A stretch of DNA of 35,634 nucleotides from Thermoplasmata archaeon (lineage in GTDB: Archaea > Thermoplasmatota > E2 > DHVEG-1 > B18-G2), in contig JAGGZU010000041.1 in the NCBI GenBank assembly GCA_021161865.1, positions 1-35,634 of the forward strand. Direction: 5' to 3'. Of the stretch, positions 9,455-19,378 are shown piece after piece. How positions within the stretch are numbered: the stretch's first letter is position 1; every line of letters begins with the position of its first letter. The notes beneath the pieces were generated by a model. The model saw only the letters and a program-made list of their open reading frames with translations. It did not search any database and had not been told where the DNA came from. The position numbers and the translations under genes were made by a program.

Positions 9455-11405
9455 AGCTTTGCAACTCCTGTATTACATCGTCTGCAGCCTGTATGTCTTT
9501 GATGTAACGTTTGAATCGTGCTGCTCTTTTGTCAAGCAGTATAGCAACTCCTCTGTCTGTTTCATTTCTGATTAGTCTTCCAATGGCTTGCAGTAGTTTC
9601 CGTGCGGTTGGTGCATTCACAGTGTACTCCCATCCTTTTCCAAACTTTCTCTGATAGTATCTTTGCAGCCCCCTTTGCCGTGCAGTTGGCTTGGGGTAGG
9701 GTATTCCAACTATTACAGCCACCTCCAGTTCATCTGCTGGGAAATCCATGCCTTCACTTATTCTACCGCCCATTACTGAGAATAAAACCGAGCCATTGTT
9801 TTTCTCTCCCTCTCTCTCCTTGAACCTCTGTATGACATCCATTAGATCATGTTGGCTCATCCGTTGTTCCTCTATGTATGTTAGACGTTTTATTTTTTTA
9901 AGTAGTCCATCTCTGATGCATATGTTCATGAAATCGAAGCTTGGGAAAAACACGATGGTGTTTCTGTTTGTGGTGTTGCATATCTCAGCTATGTATTGCT
10001 GTATCCTTTTTATCATCCCCTTGTAGTTTTTTATTTCATCATACCTTGTTGTTACATCTTTAACATAGAGGATTCTTCTATTTTCTTTTGGAAAAGGCGA
10101 GGGGTATGAGTAGAGCATCGTGGACTCAGGTAAACCAATGGAGTCCTTGTACTCATCAAGAGGGGAGAGGGTTCCTGACATGTGTATGGATGTTAGGAAT
10201 CTGTGCACAATGTTTGCACCGAGTGAGGGATCGAGGCAGTAGGCTTCTACCCTTGGGTTTTTACCATCAGTTTCATCGACTATGAGTTTAATGTAGTGTT
10301 CATCATCTATGTTCATCCAGAAGGAGAGGAAGACACCGAGTTTATGTATGTAGGAACGCGGTAGTTTACCCTGTTTTTGTTTTGCTGTCTGTATCTGCTC
10401 ACCGTATGCTATGAGAGCGGAGATTATTTTCTCCATTTCTTGAGTGGTTAAAGAGTATTTTTCAGCGATTTGGGAGACAACTGCATTTGGTGGCAGGAGG
10501 GCATCCTTTTTTTCTACATATTTTAATTTGTTGTCTCCTCCAAGGAGAAACCTTTGTCTGAGTTCAAAGATTATGTTGTTTAAATCCTTAACGAAACGTG
10601 AAAGCGTTACCCCTCTGGCTAGCAGTGAAGGGTCACCAAACCTTTCTATTTCATAGAGGCAGCTGTTCAGCATGTATGCACTGAGTTGAGATGAGAGTAG
10701 GTCACGTAGGTAATCTGGTAGGTTGTGCGCCTCATCAATTACCAGGATTATATCCTCCTCGCCAACTCCCATCCAATCTAGGAGCATGTTTCTAAGGTTT
10801 GTGTCGAAAACATAGATGTATGGGACAACAACGAGCAGGGCATCCTGAACAAGGAGTTTGTTGATTTCATATGGGCAGAGGGTGTGTTCCTCGCAGTATT
10901 TCACCAGCTCCTCAGCTGTCGGTAAAACGGCTCTCATCCATTCAAGGGCGTGTTTAACAGCCTCCTCGTTTTCCACACCCTTTCTAAAGTATGGGCAACC
11001 CTTTTTTCTTCCTCTTCTAACCTTTTTCTTTTCCTCTGCACATAGACGAGCGAGTTCATCTGCTGAACCCTTCTGCAGCTCAGGGTTGTTTTTTGCAAGC
11101 AGGCACATGTGTGTTCTTCCCTGCATGCCTACAGTTACAACATTCTTTGTCTCATTTGGGAAACGTTTTTTTATCGTCCTTATCTCTGTTATAACCTGTT
11201 TTTGCTGAGCGTTGGTCCTGGTGGTGTAAATGATTTTTTTGTTGTTTTTGAGGGCATAGGATATCGTTGATGAGACAGCACAAACCGTTTTTCCTGAGCC
11301 TGTACCTGATTCGAGCACCAACGGCGTCCCTGTGGCAAGTGACTCATCCATGTAATGCATGATGTTTTTCTGGTAACTCCTTGTGTTGTAGGGAAAAAGT
11401 TCCAT
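9420..11405 (-). CDS. xpd: XPD/Rad3/DinG-family Fe-S DNA helicase
   Basis: FPY..R.YQ, GTGSGKT, four Cys (MCL, LC, GCPY, LCPY), DEAH, MSGT, SEG.DF, QAIGRLIR. ATG 11405 preferred. Confidence 0.92.
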   Translation of the reverse strand: MELFPYNTRSYQKNIMHYMDESLATGTPLVLESGTGSGKTVCAVSSTISYALKNNKKIIYTTRTNAQQKQVITEIRTIKKRFPNETKNVVTVGMQGRTHMCLLAKNNPELQKGSADELARLCAEEKKKVRRGRKKGCPYFRKGVENEEAVKHALEWMRAVLPTAEELVKYCEEHTLCPYEINKLLVQDALLVVVPYIYVFDTNLRNMLLDWMGVGEEDIILVIDEAHNLPDYLRDLLSSQLSAYMLNSCLYEIERFGDPSLLARGVTLSRFVKDLNNIIFELRQRFLLGGDNKLKYVEKKDALLPPNAVVSQIAEKYSLTTQEMEKIISALIAYGEQIQTAKQKQGKLPRSYIHKLGVFLSFWMNIDDEHYIKLIVDETDGKNPRVEAYCLDPSLGANIVHRFLTSIHMSGTLSPLDEYKDSIGLPESTMLYSYPSPFPKENRRILYVKDVTTRYDEIKNYKGMIKRIQQYIAEICNTTNRNTIVFFPSFDFMNICIRDGLLKKIKRLTYIEEQRMSQHDLMDVIQRFKEREGEKNNGSVLFSVMGGRISEGMDFPADELEVAVIVGIPYPKPTARQRGLQRYYQRKFGKGWEYTVNAPTARKLLQAIGRLIRNETDRGVAILLDKRAARFKRYIKDIQAADDVIQELQSFILEGVQVYPP

Positions 11406-11511
11406 CAAAACTGCAATTGAGGAACAGGTAAATAGAGTTGTTGGCGACATCTATTTTTTGGTTTTGGTGAATGATTAGTTTTTTATTATGTAATGCTTTG
11501 ATTATAATGAA

Positions 11512-12353
11512 ATGATTAAACACCTTATGAGTTGATAAGGGAGAGGTTGCGGGATGTCCTATCAGCGAATCTAATACGTTTTATTCCAAGTAAATGGGAG
11601 AAGATTGGTGACGTTTTGATATTTAAAATGCCGGTGGAGCTTCAATCTTACAGTGAAGAGATTGCGGGGGTTTACGCTGAGGTTTTAGGCTGCCGAAGCG
11701 TTCTTGAGGATGTTGGCGGTGTTGAAGGCGAGTGGAGGAAACCACGGGTGAAACTTGTTTATGGCAGCTCAGATACGGAGACCATCCATTGTGAAAACGG
11801 CATCCGGTATAAGCTTGACCCCGTTAAGGTTATGTTTTCCTCTGGTAACATGGATGAACGTATAAGGATGGCAAGGATTTCAATGAGAGATGAAACGGTT
11901 GTGGACATGTTCGCAGGTATAGGGTACTTCTCTCTTCCGATGGCGGTTTATAGTAAACCAAAAAAGGTTTATGCTGTTGAGATAAACCCTGTAGCCTATG
12001 GTTATCTTTGTGAGAACATTTCTTTGAATAATGTGAATAATATTGTTGAACCTGTTTTGGGTGACAACAGGGAGAAAACCCCGGAGGGTGTGGCCGATAG
12101 AGTGATTATGGGGTATCTTCATGATACCTATCGTTTTCTTCCTGCGGCGTTCTCTGCGTTCCACAACTCGGGTATGCTGCATTACCATGAGGTTTGTCCA
12201 AATGAGCTTTTGAACGATAGACCTCTGAGGAGGGTTGAGACGGCTGCGGAGAGGTTTGGTTTTCATGTTGAAGATGTGAAGAGTAGGGTGATAAAATCGT
12301 ATGCACCTGGGGTAAGCCATGTTGTCCTTGATGTAAAGGTTGAGAGGGTTTAG
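11512..12353 (+). CDS. taw2: tRNA(Phe) wyosine aminocarboxypropyltransferase Taw2/TYW2 (Trm5-like fold); probable 1-nt deletion near the start
   Basis: MFS.GN..ER.RM, VVDMFAGIG, ADR.IMGY, HYH, K.YAPGV.HVVLD fit Taw2. Uninterrupted ORF begins at TTG 11532; ATG 11512 joins the frame if one A is added at 11518-11520. Confidence 0.78.
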
Positions 12354-12860
12354 ATGACTGTGAGGTTGCTAACATACCATGTTAATCAGGATGACCCAAA
12401 GAAATGTACTGCAAAGAAGCTAAAAAGACTTGGGTTTGCTGAGATAACACATGATTTACATGGTATCCCTTTTAATGCTGTGATACTCAATCCTCTTGTT
12501 AAAACTGTTTTTTCACCTGAGGACAGGGTTTACGCTGAAAGAGGTGGTATTGTGGCTGTAGATTGTTCGTGGAACAAGGTGGATGAGGTGTTTTCGAGGT
12601 TGAAACGGTTTAGAAACCATCGCGCTCTTCCATTCATTGTACCTGTCAATCCAGTTAACTATGGTAAGCCTTTTCAGCTTACAACCCTTGAAGCCTTTAT
12701 CACTGCTCTTTATATTATTGGTGCGGAGCAGCAGGCAGAGGAGATTTCATCCATCTACAAGTGGAGTCAACATTTTATTGATTTAAACAAACGTTTTTTA
12801 GAAGCCTACAGAAATGCATCAACAAGGCAGGAGATAATCGAGTTTATGAAGCGTATCTAA
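12354..12860 (+). CDS. tsr3: SSU rRNA aminocarboxypropyltransferase Tsr3 (DUF367)
   Basis: QDDPKKCTA.KL, DCSW, R.LP...P.NPVNYG.P..L.TLEA, F..LN. Confidence 0.93.
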   Translation: MTVRLLTYHVNQDDPKKCTAKKLKRLGFAEITHDLHGIPFNAVILNPLVKTVFSPEDRVYAERGGIVAVDCSWNKVDEVFSRLKRFRNHRALPFIVPVNPVNYGKPFQLTTLEAFITALYIIGAEQQAEEISSIYKWSQHFIDLNKRFLEAYRNASTRQEIIEFMKRI

Positions 12861-13207
12861 TCTATCCATTCTATACCCAGTTTTTTCTCCCAGTCAGGGT
12901 TTTCTTGTTTCCATTTTTCAACGACCTCCTTAGACACGCATTCTGTGCATAAACCAAGTATGCTGAAGTAGCATGATGCACAGACCTTACGGTGGCATTT
13001 TATGCAGACAAACTTTGCATCTCTTTCTTTGCATATCTCACATTTACCAGTTATTTCCTCTGCCTTTTTAGACTCCTTTATTGCTTTTTTGAGTTTTTTC
13101 TCCTCAGTCTCCTTGATCCATAGTTCAAGTTCTTTGTTCATCTTTGAAATAGATTTAACCCTGTTTATCTGCTGTTCAACCCTATCCTCATCCTCTCCGT
13201 TTTTCAT
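12857..13207 (-). CDS. Hypothetical protein with coiled coil and 8-Cys zinc finger
   Basis: CEIC..CIKC..VCASC..LCTEC. Confidence 0.7.
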   Translation of the reverse strand: MKNGEDEDRVEQQINRVKSISKMNKELELWIKETEEKKLKKAIKESKKAEEITGKCEICKERDAKFVCIKCHRKVCASCYFSILGLCTECVSKEVVEKWKQENPDWEKKLGIEWID

Positions 13208-13234
13208 AAATCAAAATAAACAAACATTGTTGAG

Positions 13235-13825
13235 TTAAAAGCTCTTTTGTTTAAACCTTCTATGAAGCGTGTTCGCCAGTATATGTATACCCGGGGTCAC
13301 AGTTAATATGACAAGGAGATGCCATAGTGTAAAGTTTTTTAGAAACCAGTTGTAGTTTGTTACTCCTGTTAGTTGAAGGAGACCACTGGTTATTAACGCC
13401 AGAATCAACGCTCCTGCTACAAAGTCAAGTTGGTCAAATAGCAGCCAATCCTCGCCTCTCTCCTTACCTACTCTTCGTTTGAAGAAGCTCTCTATCAAGT
13501 CACCGAGAAGCGCTCCTATGCATAGCGATAAAATGATGGGTATCATCAATGGGTAACCTTCAAAGTAGTCGAGGTTTATCATGTTTAGACCGTGTTCAGT
13601 TAGGTATTTTGCTGCTGTAACTTGAGAGAAACCAACTATTGAGCCAAGGAGGGAGCCGAAAAACAGGCCACGCCATGTTTTACCATCACCAAGTATTCTT
13701 TTTCCATCTCTCCACGTTTTACCGAAATCTATGGCTAACCCTCCACCTACAAGCACAGCGCAACCATTCGCAGCATAGGCTGGAAGTATAAGCCACAGTG
13801 CTTGGAGGATTATCTCGTACTGCAC
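13235..13825 (-). CDS. carS: CDP-archaeol synthase (DUF46)
   Basis: PAY.AN, IDFG....DG.RILGDGKTW.G, GD...SFFKRR, DQLDF. Confidence 0.93.
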   Translation of the reverse strand: MQYEIILQALWLILPAYAANGCAVLVGGGLAIDFGKTWRDGKRILGDGKTWRGLFFGSLLGSIVGFSQVTAAKYLTEHGLNMINLDYFEGYPLMIPIILSLCIGALLGDLIESFFKRRVGKERGEDWLLFDQLDFVAGALILALITSGLLQLTGVTNYNWFLKNFTLWHLLVILTVTPGIHILANTLHRRFKQKSF

Positions 13826-13857
13826 AAGCAGCGAAACACGAGTTACCTTAAAACGAT

Positions 13858-14358
13858 TTACTTTTTCTTCTCTATCTTCATGCCTTTGTAAACAAAGTTG
13901 TTTGATCTCTTAATTATGCTTTTTAGGGAGAGGTTGGAGAGGTTGAAATGCTCTGCGACAACGCTGCTGAATTTTCCTTCGTCACCTATAAACTGGGCTA
14001 TCTGTTTCTCAAGCGCTGCAAACTCGTTGTCATTAAGTGAAGCTATTGTGAAAACCTCACTCATTTCCGTTATAGGGCAGGAGATGTTTATGTTGAAGGT
14101 TGAGTAGTATGCTTTGTACATCTTCTGTGGTTTTCCACCAGTGTTTTGGTCAGGCATAGTCCATTTTGTTTCAGCCAGTTTTATTTTTTCAAAGAATTCC
14201 AGTGCTTTTTTTCCCTCCTCACCATACTTCTCTACTATTTCGCTGACTGTTTTCCAATCGCTGGATATCTCATTGAAAACATTCTTTTTAACTTCGGTGT
14301 CAAACGCTCTTAAAACTGGGACAAGATCTATAGAGTCGTTGACAACCTTTACACGCAT
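13858..14358 (-). CDS. Conserved archaeal ArsR-like winged-helix protein
   Basis: VVND..DLVP.L..F, W.T..EI..KYG, L.ET.W..P, K.Y..YY pattern of the euryarchaeal ArsR-like family. Confidence 0.7.
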   Translation of the reverse strand: MRVKVVNDSIDLVPVLRAFDTEVKKNVFNEISSDWKTVSEIVEKYGEEGKKALEFFEKIKLAETKWTMPDQNTGGKPQKMYKAYYSTFNINISCPITEMSEVFTIASLNDNEFAALEKQIAQFIGDEGKFSSVVAEHFNLSNLSLKSIIKRSNNFVYKGMKIEKKK

Positions 14359-14460
14359 ACTATCAGACCCTAATTGTTTTGATGCTTTATAAAATATCCT
14401 ATTACCATAATATTTTTTTGAGAGGAGTAGGCTTAAAAGCCTTCACCTTTTTTTGCAAAC

Positions 14461-14983
14461 ATGCGTGTTAGGGTTGGAAGTAAACTTGTGTTGATGTTCT
14501 TTGTGTTTACTCTTGTTTTTGTTGCTTTTCAACTTTTTGCGCCTGTTTTCCTTCCTCCATCCACTATAGGAAACCTCTCCGGCAGTGCTGGTATTATAGA
14601 TAATGGTGAAAAGTTGGAACAGATTGGATTACCCTGGCGGATTGTTTATCTAGTAGGGGATTTTATGTGCCATCAGAGAGCAGATCGCTCTTTTTTTATA
14701 AATAGCAATCAGATGCCTTTTTTGCAGCAGATGCACAGCTATCTGGGTGGGGCTTACTATTGGTTTAGGTGTAATGGTTTTTCGTAAAATAAGGTTGAAC
14801 GGCAGGTTTGTTTTTGGTATGCTGTTTGGTCTTGTTCCCATCGCCGTTGATGGTCTTGGTCAACTTTTTGGTTTATGGGAAAGCACAAACCTTATCCGAG
14901 TGCTAACGGGTTTACCTGCAGGTTTTGTGTGTGGTTTAGCGGTTGGAGTTATAGTTTATGAGAGCATAGACGGCAGAAACTGA
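14461..14983 (+). pseudogene. DUF2085 membrane protein split by one extra T (pseudogene or sequencing error)
   Basis: CHQRADRSF...QMPF in the first frame; removing one T of the T6 run 14718-14723 gives MPFCSRCTAIWVGL, continuing into P..VDG..Q....ESTN..R..TG. Confidence 0.8.
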
Positions 14984-15084
14984 AACGTTTTTTGGCAAAG
15001 GTTGCGTTTCTATGGTTTTGATTACATAAATGTATTTAAACATGAAGTTATATTGATACCCAGGTGATGAGGAGAGGAGAAAAG

Positions 15085-15693
15085 ATGAGTAATTTAAGTA
15101 ATGCAAAAATATATGGAGGAATAGGAGCATTGTTGATGCTGGTGGGGGGTTTTATCCCCGCAGTTGGTGGCATAATACCTTTGATCGGTTTGATACTGGT
15201 GTTTATAGCGGTGAAGAATATAGCTGATGAGACGAATGATGAGTCTATTTTCAAAAACTATCTTTGGTATTTCGTTGTGTCTATAATAGCGATGGTTGTT
15301 GTGTTCGGTATTTTCATAGCTTCCTTTGGTGCCGCGGGAGGATTTTCTATCTTGAGCATGATGCAGATGCAGGGCGGTCAAACTGTTAACCCAGAGGATA
15401 TCACGGGCTTGGTTGGTAACATGATGGATGGTTGCCTTGCAGCTTTGGTCATCGGATGGATACTTATGATCGTAGCAACCCTGTTTTTACGTAAAAGTTT
15501 CAACAGCATAGCTGAGCATACAGGGGTTAAACTTTTTGCAACAACAGGTTTGTTGTTCTTTGTTGGCGCTATAACTTTGATCATACTAATCGGTGCTTTC
15601 ATTCTTTTGATAGCACTGATACTTGAGATAGTAGCGTTCTTTTCCTTACCTGAGACACTTCCGAAGGCTATCCCATCTGCAGCGGAAAGCTAA
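15085..15693 (+). CDS. DUF996 family membrane protein
   Basis: AKIYGGIGALL, LIGLILV..A.K.I, F...GLL.F.GA...IILIG, AFFSLP; GGAG upstream of ATG 15085. Confidence 0.82.
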   Translation: MSNLSNAKIYGGIGALLMLVGGFIPAVGGIIPLIGLILVFIAVKNIADETNDESIFKNYLWYFVVSIIAMVVVFGIFIASFGAAGGFSILSMMQMQGGQTVNPEDITGLVGNMMDGCLAALVIGWILMIVATLFLRKSFNSIAEHTGVKLFATTGLLFFVGAITLIILIGAFILLIALILEIVAFFSLPETLPKAIPSAAES

Positions 15694-15705
15694 AGAACAA
15701 AACAC

Positions 15706-15724
15706 CCTTTTTTATTTTTTTATT
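15706..15724 (+). terminator. T-rich archaeal terminator candidate
   Basis: cccttttttatttttttatt shortly after the DUF996 stop. Confidence 0.3.
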
Positions 15725-16439
15725 GGCTGAAAAACCTATGAGTGGTTACACTGAAAAAGGCTTGGTTTTGATCATATTAAGCCTGGTTTTAACTATTATT
15801 CTCAACTTAACCGTTTTTTTCACAGGGTTTTACTCCATCGGCGGATTAAACCAAATTACTGGTCTTTTAACATTGATTGGTTTAATTCTAATGTTTGTCG
15901 GCAGAAAGGAGTACGGCGTTAAACATCAAAGGTTTGTGGTTTATGCGGTAGTTGTCTTCTTGATAGCAGTTGTTTTTTCAGTCATATACCTATTTTATAT
16001 TGCAGCAATGATTTTCAGTGCAGTATCAACAGGTAACGTAGACTTTAGTGCTTTCGTGAGTATTCTTTATATCGTTCAGATTACTGCAATACTTGGTGGT
16101 TTGGTAAACGTTTTTTTGTTGCATGAACTTGAAAGCTGGAATGGGAGGATAGTATTGTATGCAGCTTTTGTTGCAGTGGTTTTTACCTCAATCTTGGTTG
16201 TTTATGCAGCAGCGCCTGCTGTAGAAGATTTGGTAACCAATATGGAGAAAAACTTTGAGACCAACCGTTATTCTTTTCAGACTAACGAGTTTACCGTTGA
16301 ATTGCAGAAGAGTTTAAGCCGGTTAAACATTTATGGGGTGATCAACAGTCTACTTTTTCTTGTAGCAACCGTTATCGCGTATAGACGCGTGAAATCAGGA
16401 GAGGTTTTACAGGTTAATCCAACGGATTTGATGTCGTAG
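15723..16439 (+). CDS. Hypothetical multi-pass membrane protein
   Basis: 238 aa ORF, about 6 hydrophobic segments, GRKE.G..H loop; start could be TTG 15723 or ATG 15738. Confidence 0.7.
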   Translation: MAEKPMSGYTEKGLVLIILSLVLTIILNLTVFFTGFYSIGGLNQITGLLTLIGLILMFVGRKEYGVKHQRFVVYAVVVFLIAVVFSVIYLFYIAAMIFSAVSTGNVDFSAFVSILYIVQITAILGGLVNVFLLHELESWNGRIVLYAAFVAVVFTSILVVYAAAPAVEDLVTNMEKNFETNRYSFQTNEFTVELQKSLSRLNIYGVINSLLFLVATVIAYRRVKSGEVLQVNPTDLMS

Positions 16440-16444
16440 TTGAG

Positions 16445-17134
16445 TCAAACACCCATTTTTTTTCTTTTACTCCTTGGTAGTATTGAAGGAAGGATTTTTG
16501 TTGTCACATACCAGTACAGCAGTACACCGTACAGTAATTCCCCTCCTTTCAGCAGCAGTATGAGTATGTTGTTCTCTGGTGTTCCCCACAGGAAGGATAA
16601 ACCGAATTCAAGTGTTGTGATTGGCAGGCCAAGTAGGATCACTAAGAGTAACATCCTCCATATTTTACTATGGTCAGCTGATGCCGCACCATAACCTATT
16701 ATGCACCCGGTTGCTCCATGAAAGAGCATCACTCCTACCCCAAATATTAAGGCGATGAATAAAAGTGTCTGTTCCAACTGAATGGTTGTGGCGGTCATGA
16801 TGGTATAGAGGGGCATGTAGATTGCACCGAAACCAAGCCCTACAACCAAACCATACAATGGCGTATCCTTTTTCTCCTGGAATGTTCGCATGTTTATTAT
16901 TATCATTTTTGCGAACTGTTCTACAGCAGGGAAAAGAATTATGAAGAATATGCCCGCACCTAGTGTGTTGAACTCTAGTATGAGTATTATGAAACCGGTT
17001 GCAAACCCTGCGATGAGTGAGATAAAAAGTTTTTTTTCAACAAAATATCCTTCATATCTTTTCAGGGTTAACCATAGGATTGCTAGTACCACCATTACGC
17101 CAACAAGTATTGTGCCCTGCGGGAGCGGGTTCAT
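16445..17134 (-). CDS. PrsW-like multi-pass membrane protein with degenerate catalytic motifs
   Basis: P.VEQFAK (PrsW EExxK), GLGFGA, FH....IIGYG. Confidence 0.55.
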   Translation of the reverse strand: MNPLPQGTILVGVMVVLAILWLTLKRYEGYFVEKKLFISLIAGFATGFIILILEFNTLGAGIFFIILFPAVEQFAKMIIINMRTFQEKKDTPLYGLVVGLGFGAIYMPLYTIMTATTIQLEQTLLFIALIFGVGVMLFHGATGCIIGYGAASADHSKIWRMLLLVILLGLPITTLEFGLSFLWGTPENNILILLLKGGELLYGVLLYWYVTTKILPSILPRSKRKKMGV

Positions 17135-17214
17135 GTTTTATGGTAAAAACCTGTTAAGTTAAATATTTGTTCATGAGGTAAGTTATATATTTTGCAATAT
17201 GTATTCCCTGGCTC

Positions 17215-18003
17215 GTGTTTCCTGATGTCTTGGGGTTCATAGTGTTGGTTCTCTCAGGTTTTTTCGGCGGGGTTTTTGTTGGCATAGCATCTGGTACTGC
17301 GGCGATTTTTGTGATACCTTGTTTAACGTTGCTTATGGGTTTTTCTATGCATCATGCTGTTGGAACCAATCCATTGGTGGACTCGGTTATAGGTGGAGTA
17401 GCTGGTTTGGTGTTTCTTTTGAACAAAAACGTGGATTTACGTTCAACACATTTCCTTGTTTTCATGGGTGTGATAGGTGCTTTTTTTGGCAGCAGGTTCA
17501 CTTCCAGTGCACCGGAGCTGGGTTTAACGGTTTTTATGGCTTCGTTTCTTTTTGTGATGGGTGTTGATTTTGTTGTGAAGGGTATAAAAAAGAATGTTGA
17601 TTACATTGAGAGTAAAGTGGATTTTTCTTTTATAAGGAAACATAGATTGTTTTTTATGATGTTTTTTGGTTTAACCACAGGTCTTGTAAGCGGTTTCTCA
17701 GGCATGGGTGGTGCTGGTATGCTTGTTTTTATCTTCGTTCTTTTGTTTAGGTATGATTTACATACCGCTATTGGAACATCGCTTCTTCTTTCCTTTTTCA
17801 TTGGTGCCGCTGGAACACTGGGTCATGTGTTGAGTAATGAGACCGTTTTTGATGTTGCTTTGGTTGCTGCTGCGGCGGCAGCCTTTGGCGCTGTTTTTGG
17901 TGCAGTTTTTGCTAACAGGGTTGATGAGGATAAACTTGGGCGTTTGATTGGTTTTGTGGTTTTACTCTCCGGGTTTTTACTTTTTGTTAGAGCATTCGTT
18001 TAA
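17215..18003 (+). CDS. TauE/SafE (TSUP) family permease
   Basis: Two internal repeats with G..SG..G.GG and A(V/I)GT motifs, about 8 TM helices; TTATATAT at 17183-17190. Confidence 0.85.
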   Translation: MFPDVLGFIVLVLSGFFGGVFVGIASGTAAIFVIPCLTLLMGFSMHHAVGTNPLVDSVIGGVAGLVFLLNKNVDLRSTHFLVFMGVIGAFFGSRFTSSAPELGLTVFMASFLFVMGVDFVVKGIKKNVDYIESKVDFSFIRKHRLFFMMFFGLTTGLVSGFSGMGGAGMLVFIFVLLFRYDLHTAIGTSLLLSFFIGAAGTLGHVLSNETVFDVALVAAAAAAFGAVFGAVFANRVDEDKLGRLIGFVVLLSGFLLFVRAFV

Positions 18004-18053
18004 CAAAGAATATCTGGGAAGATTTATATGGTATCAAACTGTTTTTGTTGTGG

Positions 18054-18640
18054 ATGCACTCCTATGTTGTTGAAACAGAAAACCTGACGAAGTATTATGG
18101 CAAAACAAGAGGAGTCGAAGATTTAAGTTTCTCCGTTGAAAAGGGAGAGATTTTTGGTTTTCTTGGTCCAAATGGTGCGGGTAAAACCACAACCATAAGA
18201 ACACTTCTTGGTTTTCTTAGACCAACAAGTGGTGAGACTTACATTTTTGGTAGAAGCATATGGGAGAATGTTGAGGAGATAAAAAAAAAGTTGGTTATAT
18301 CCTTGGTAATTTGAATCTTTATGGTCATTTAACTGGGCAGCAATTTATTAGCTATTTTTCATCACTCCGTGGTGGCAATACTGGTTTACTTGATGAGAAG
18401 ATGAAGGCAAGCGTTGTTATGATAGCAGCGGTTGTTGCAATGTTCATCTTTGAATCCATATCTCTTATTGTACCGGATTATAAGTCCATTGGATATCTTT
18501 CTCTCATGCACTACTATAATCCTGCAGATATTCTTTTGAGAGGCGATGTGGATGGTGTTGTTGTTTTACTTGCTGTTATCGTTGAAACCCTTGTTTTTGC
18601 GATGCTTTACTTTGAGCACCGTGACATAGCAATATCCTAA
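18054..18640 (+). pseudogene. Collapsed ABC transporter remnant: ATPase N-terminus fused to permease C-terminus
   Basis: Walker A GPNGAGKTT; frame break at A9 18281-18289 (-1 frame reads VGYILGNLNLYGHLTG); no signature or Walker B; after LLDE the sequence reads as a permease end (YLSLMHYYNP...FEHRDI). Confidence 0.8.
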
Positions 18641-18703
18641 ATGATTTGTTAAGCCAAAAACAATATAACACCGGTTTTGTTTCACCTTTTGTGAGGAGTA
18701 GAT

Positions 18704-19378
18704 ATGTTGAAAACCCCTGTTATTGTGGTTAACGTCAAAACCTATGCTGAGGCAACTGGAGGTAAGGCTTTGGAGTTAGCTAAGCTCATGGACGAGGTAG
18801 CCTCTGAGACAGGTGTTAGTATGGCCATTGCTGTTCAAGCAAGCGATATTTACATGGTTTCTCAGGCTGTTTCTATACCCGTCTTTGCTGAGCACATTGA
18901 TCCAATTAAACCAGGGAGTCACACCGGTTGGACTCTGCCTGAGGCGGTTAAGGAGGCAGGTGCCGTTGGTACGTTTATAAACCATAGTGAACATAGGTTG
19001 AAGCTTGCAGATCTTGATGAATGTATAGCTCGTGCAAAGGAGTTGGATTTAGATCAGATTGTTTGCAGCAACAATATTGCAACCTCTAAGGCCATTGCTG
19101 CTTTGAACCCAAATTTTGTTGCTGTTGAACCACCTGAACTCATAGGCGGGGAGGTTTCAGTTACAAAGGCAAACCCTGATATTGTCAGCGGTACCGTTAA
19201 AGCCGTCAGGGAGATAAACAGGGGCATAGGCATCCTTTGTGGAGCTGGCGTTAAAAACGGTGAGGATGTTAAAAAGGCATTGGAGCTTGGAACAGATGGT
19301 GTGTTGCTTGCCAGCGGTGTGGTTAAGGCTAAGGATAAAAAAGCTGTACTTCTGGATTTAACAAACAATCTTTATTAG
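18704..19378 (+). CDS. tpiA: Triosephosphate isomerase, archaeal type
   Basis: N.KTY, NHSE, AVEPPELIG, CGAG, G.LLASG; GAGGAG RBS. Confidence 0.96.
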   Translation: MLKTPVIVVNVKTYAEATGGKALELAKLMDEVASETGVSMAIAVQASDIYMVSQAVSIPVFAEHIDPIKPGSHTGWTLPEAVKEAGAVGTFINHSEHRLKLADLDECIARAKELDLDQIVCSNNIATSKAIAALNPNFVAVEPPELIGGEVSVTKANPDIVSGTVKAVREINRGIGILCGAGVKNGEDVKKALELGTDGVLLASGVVKAKDKKAVLLDLTNNLY

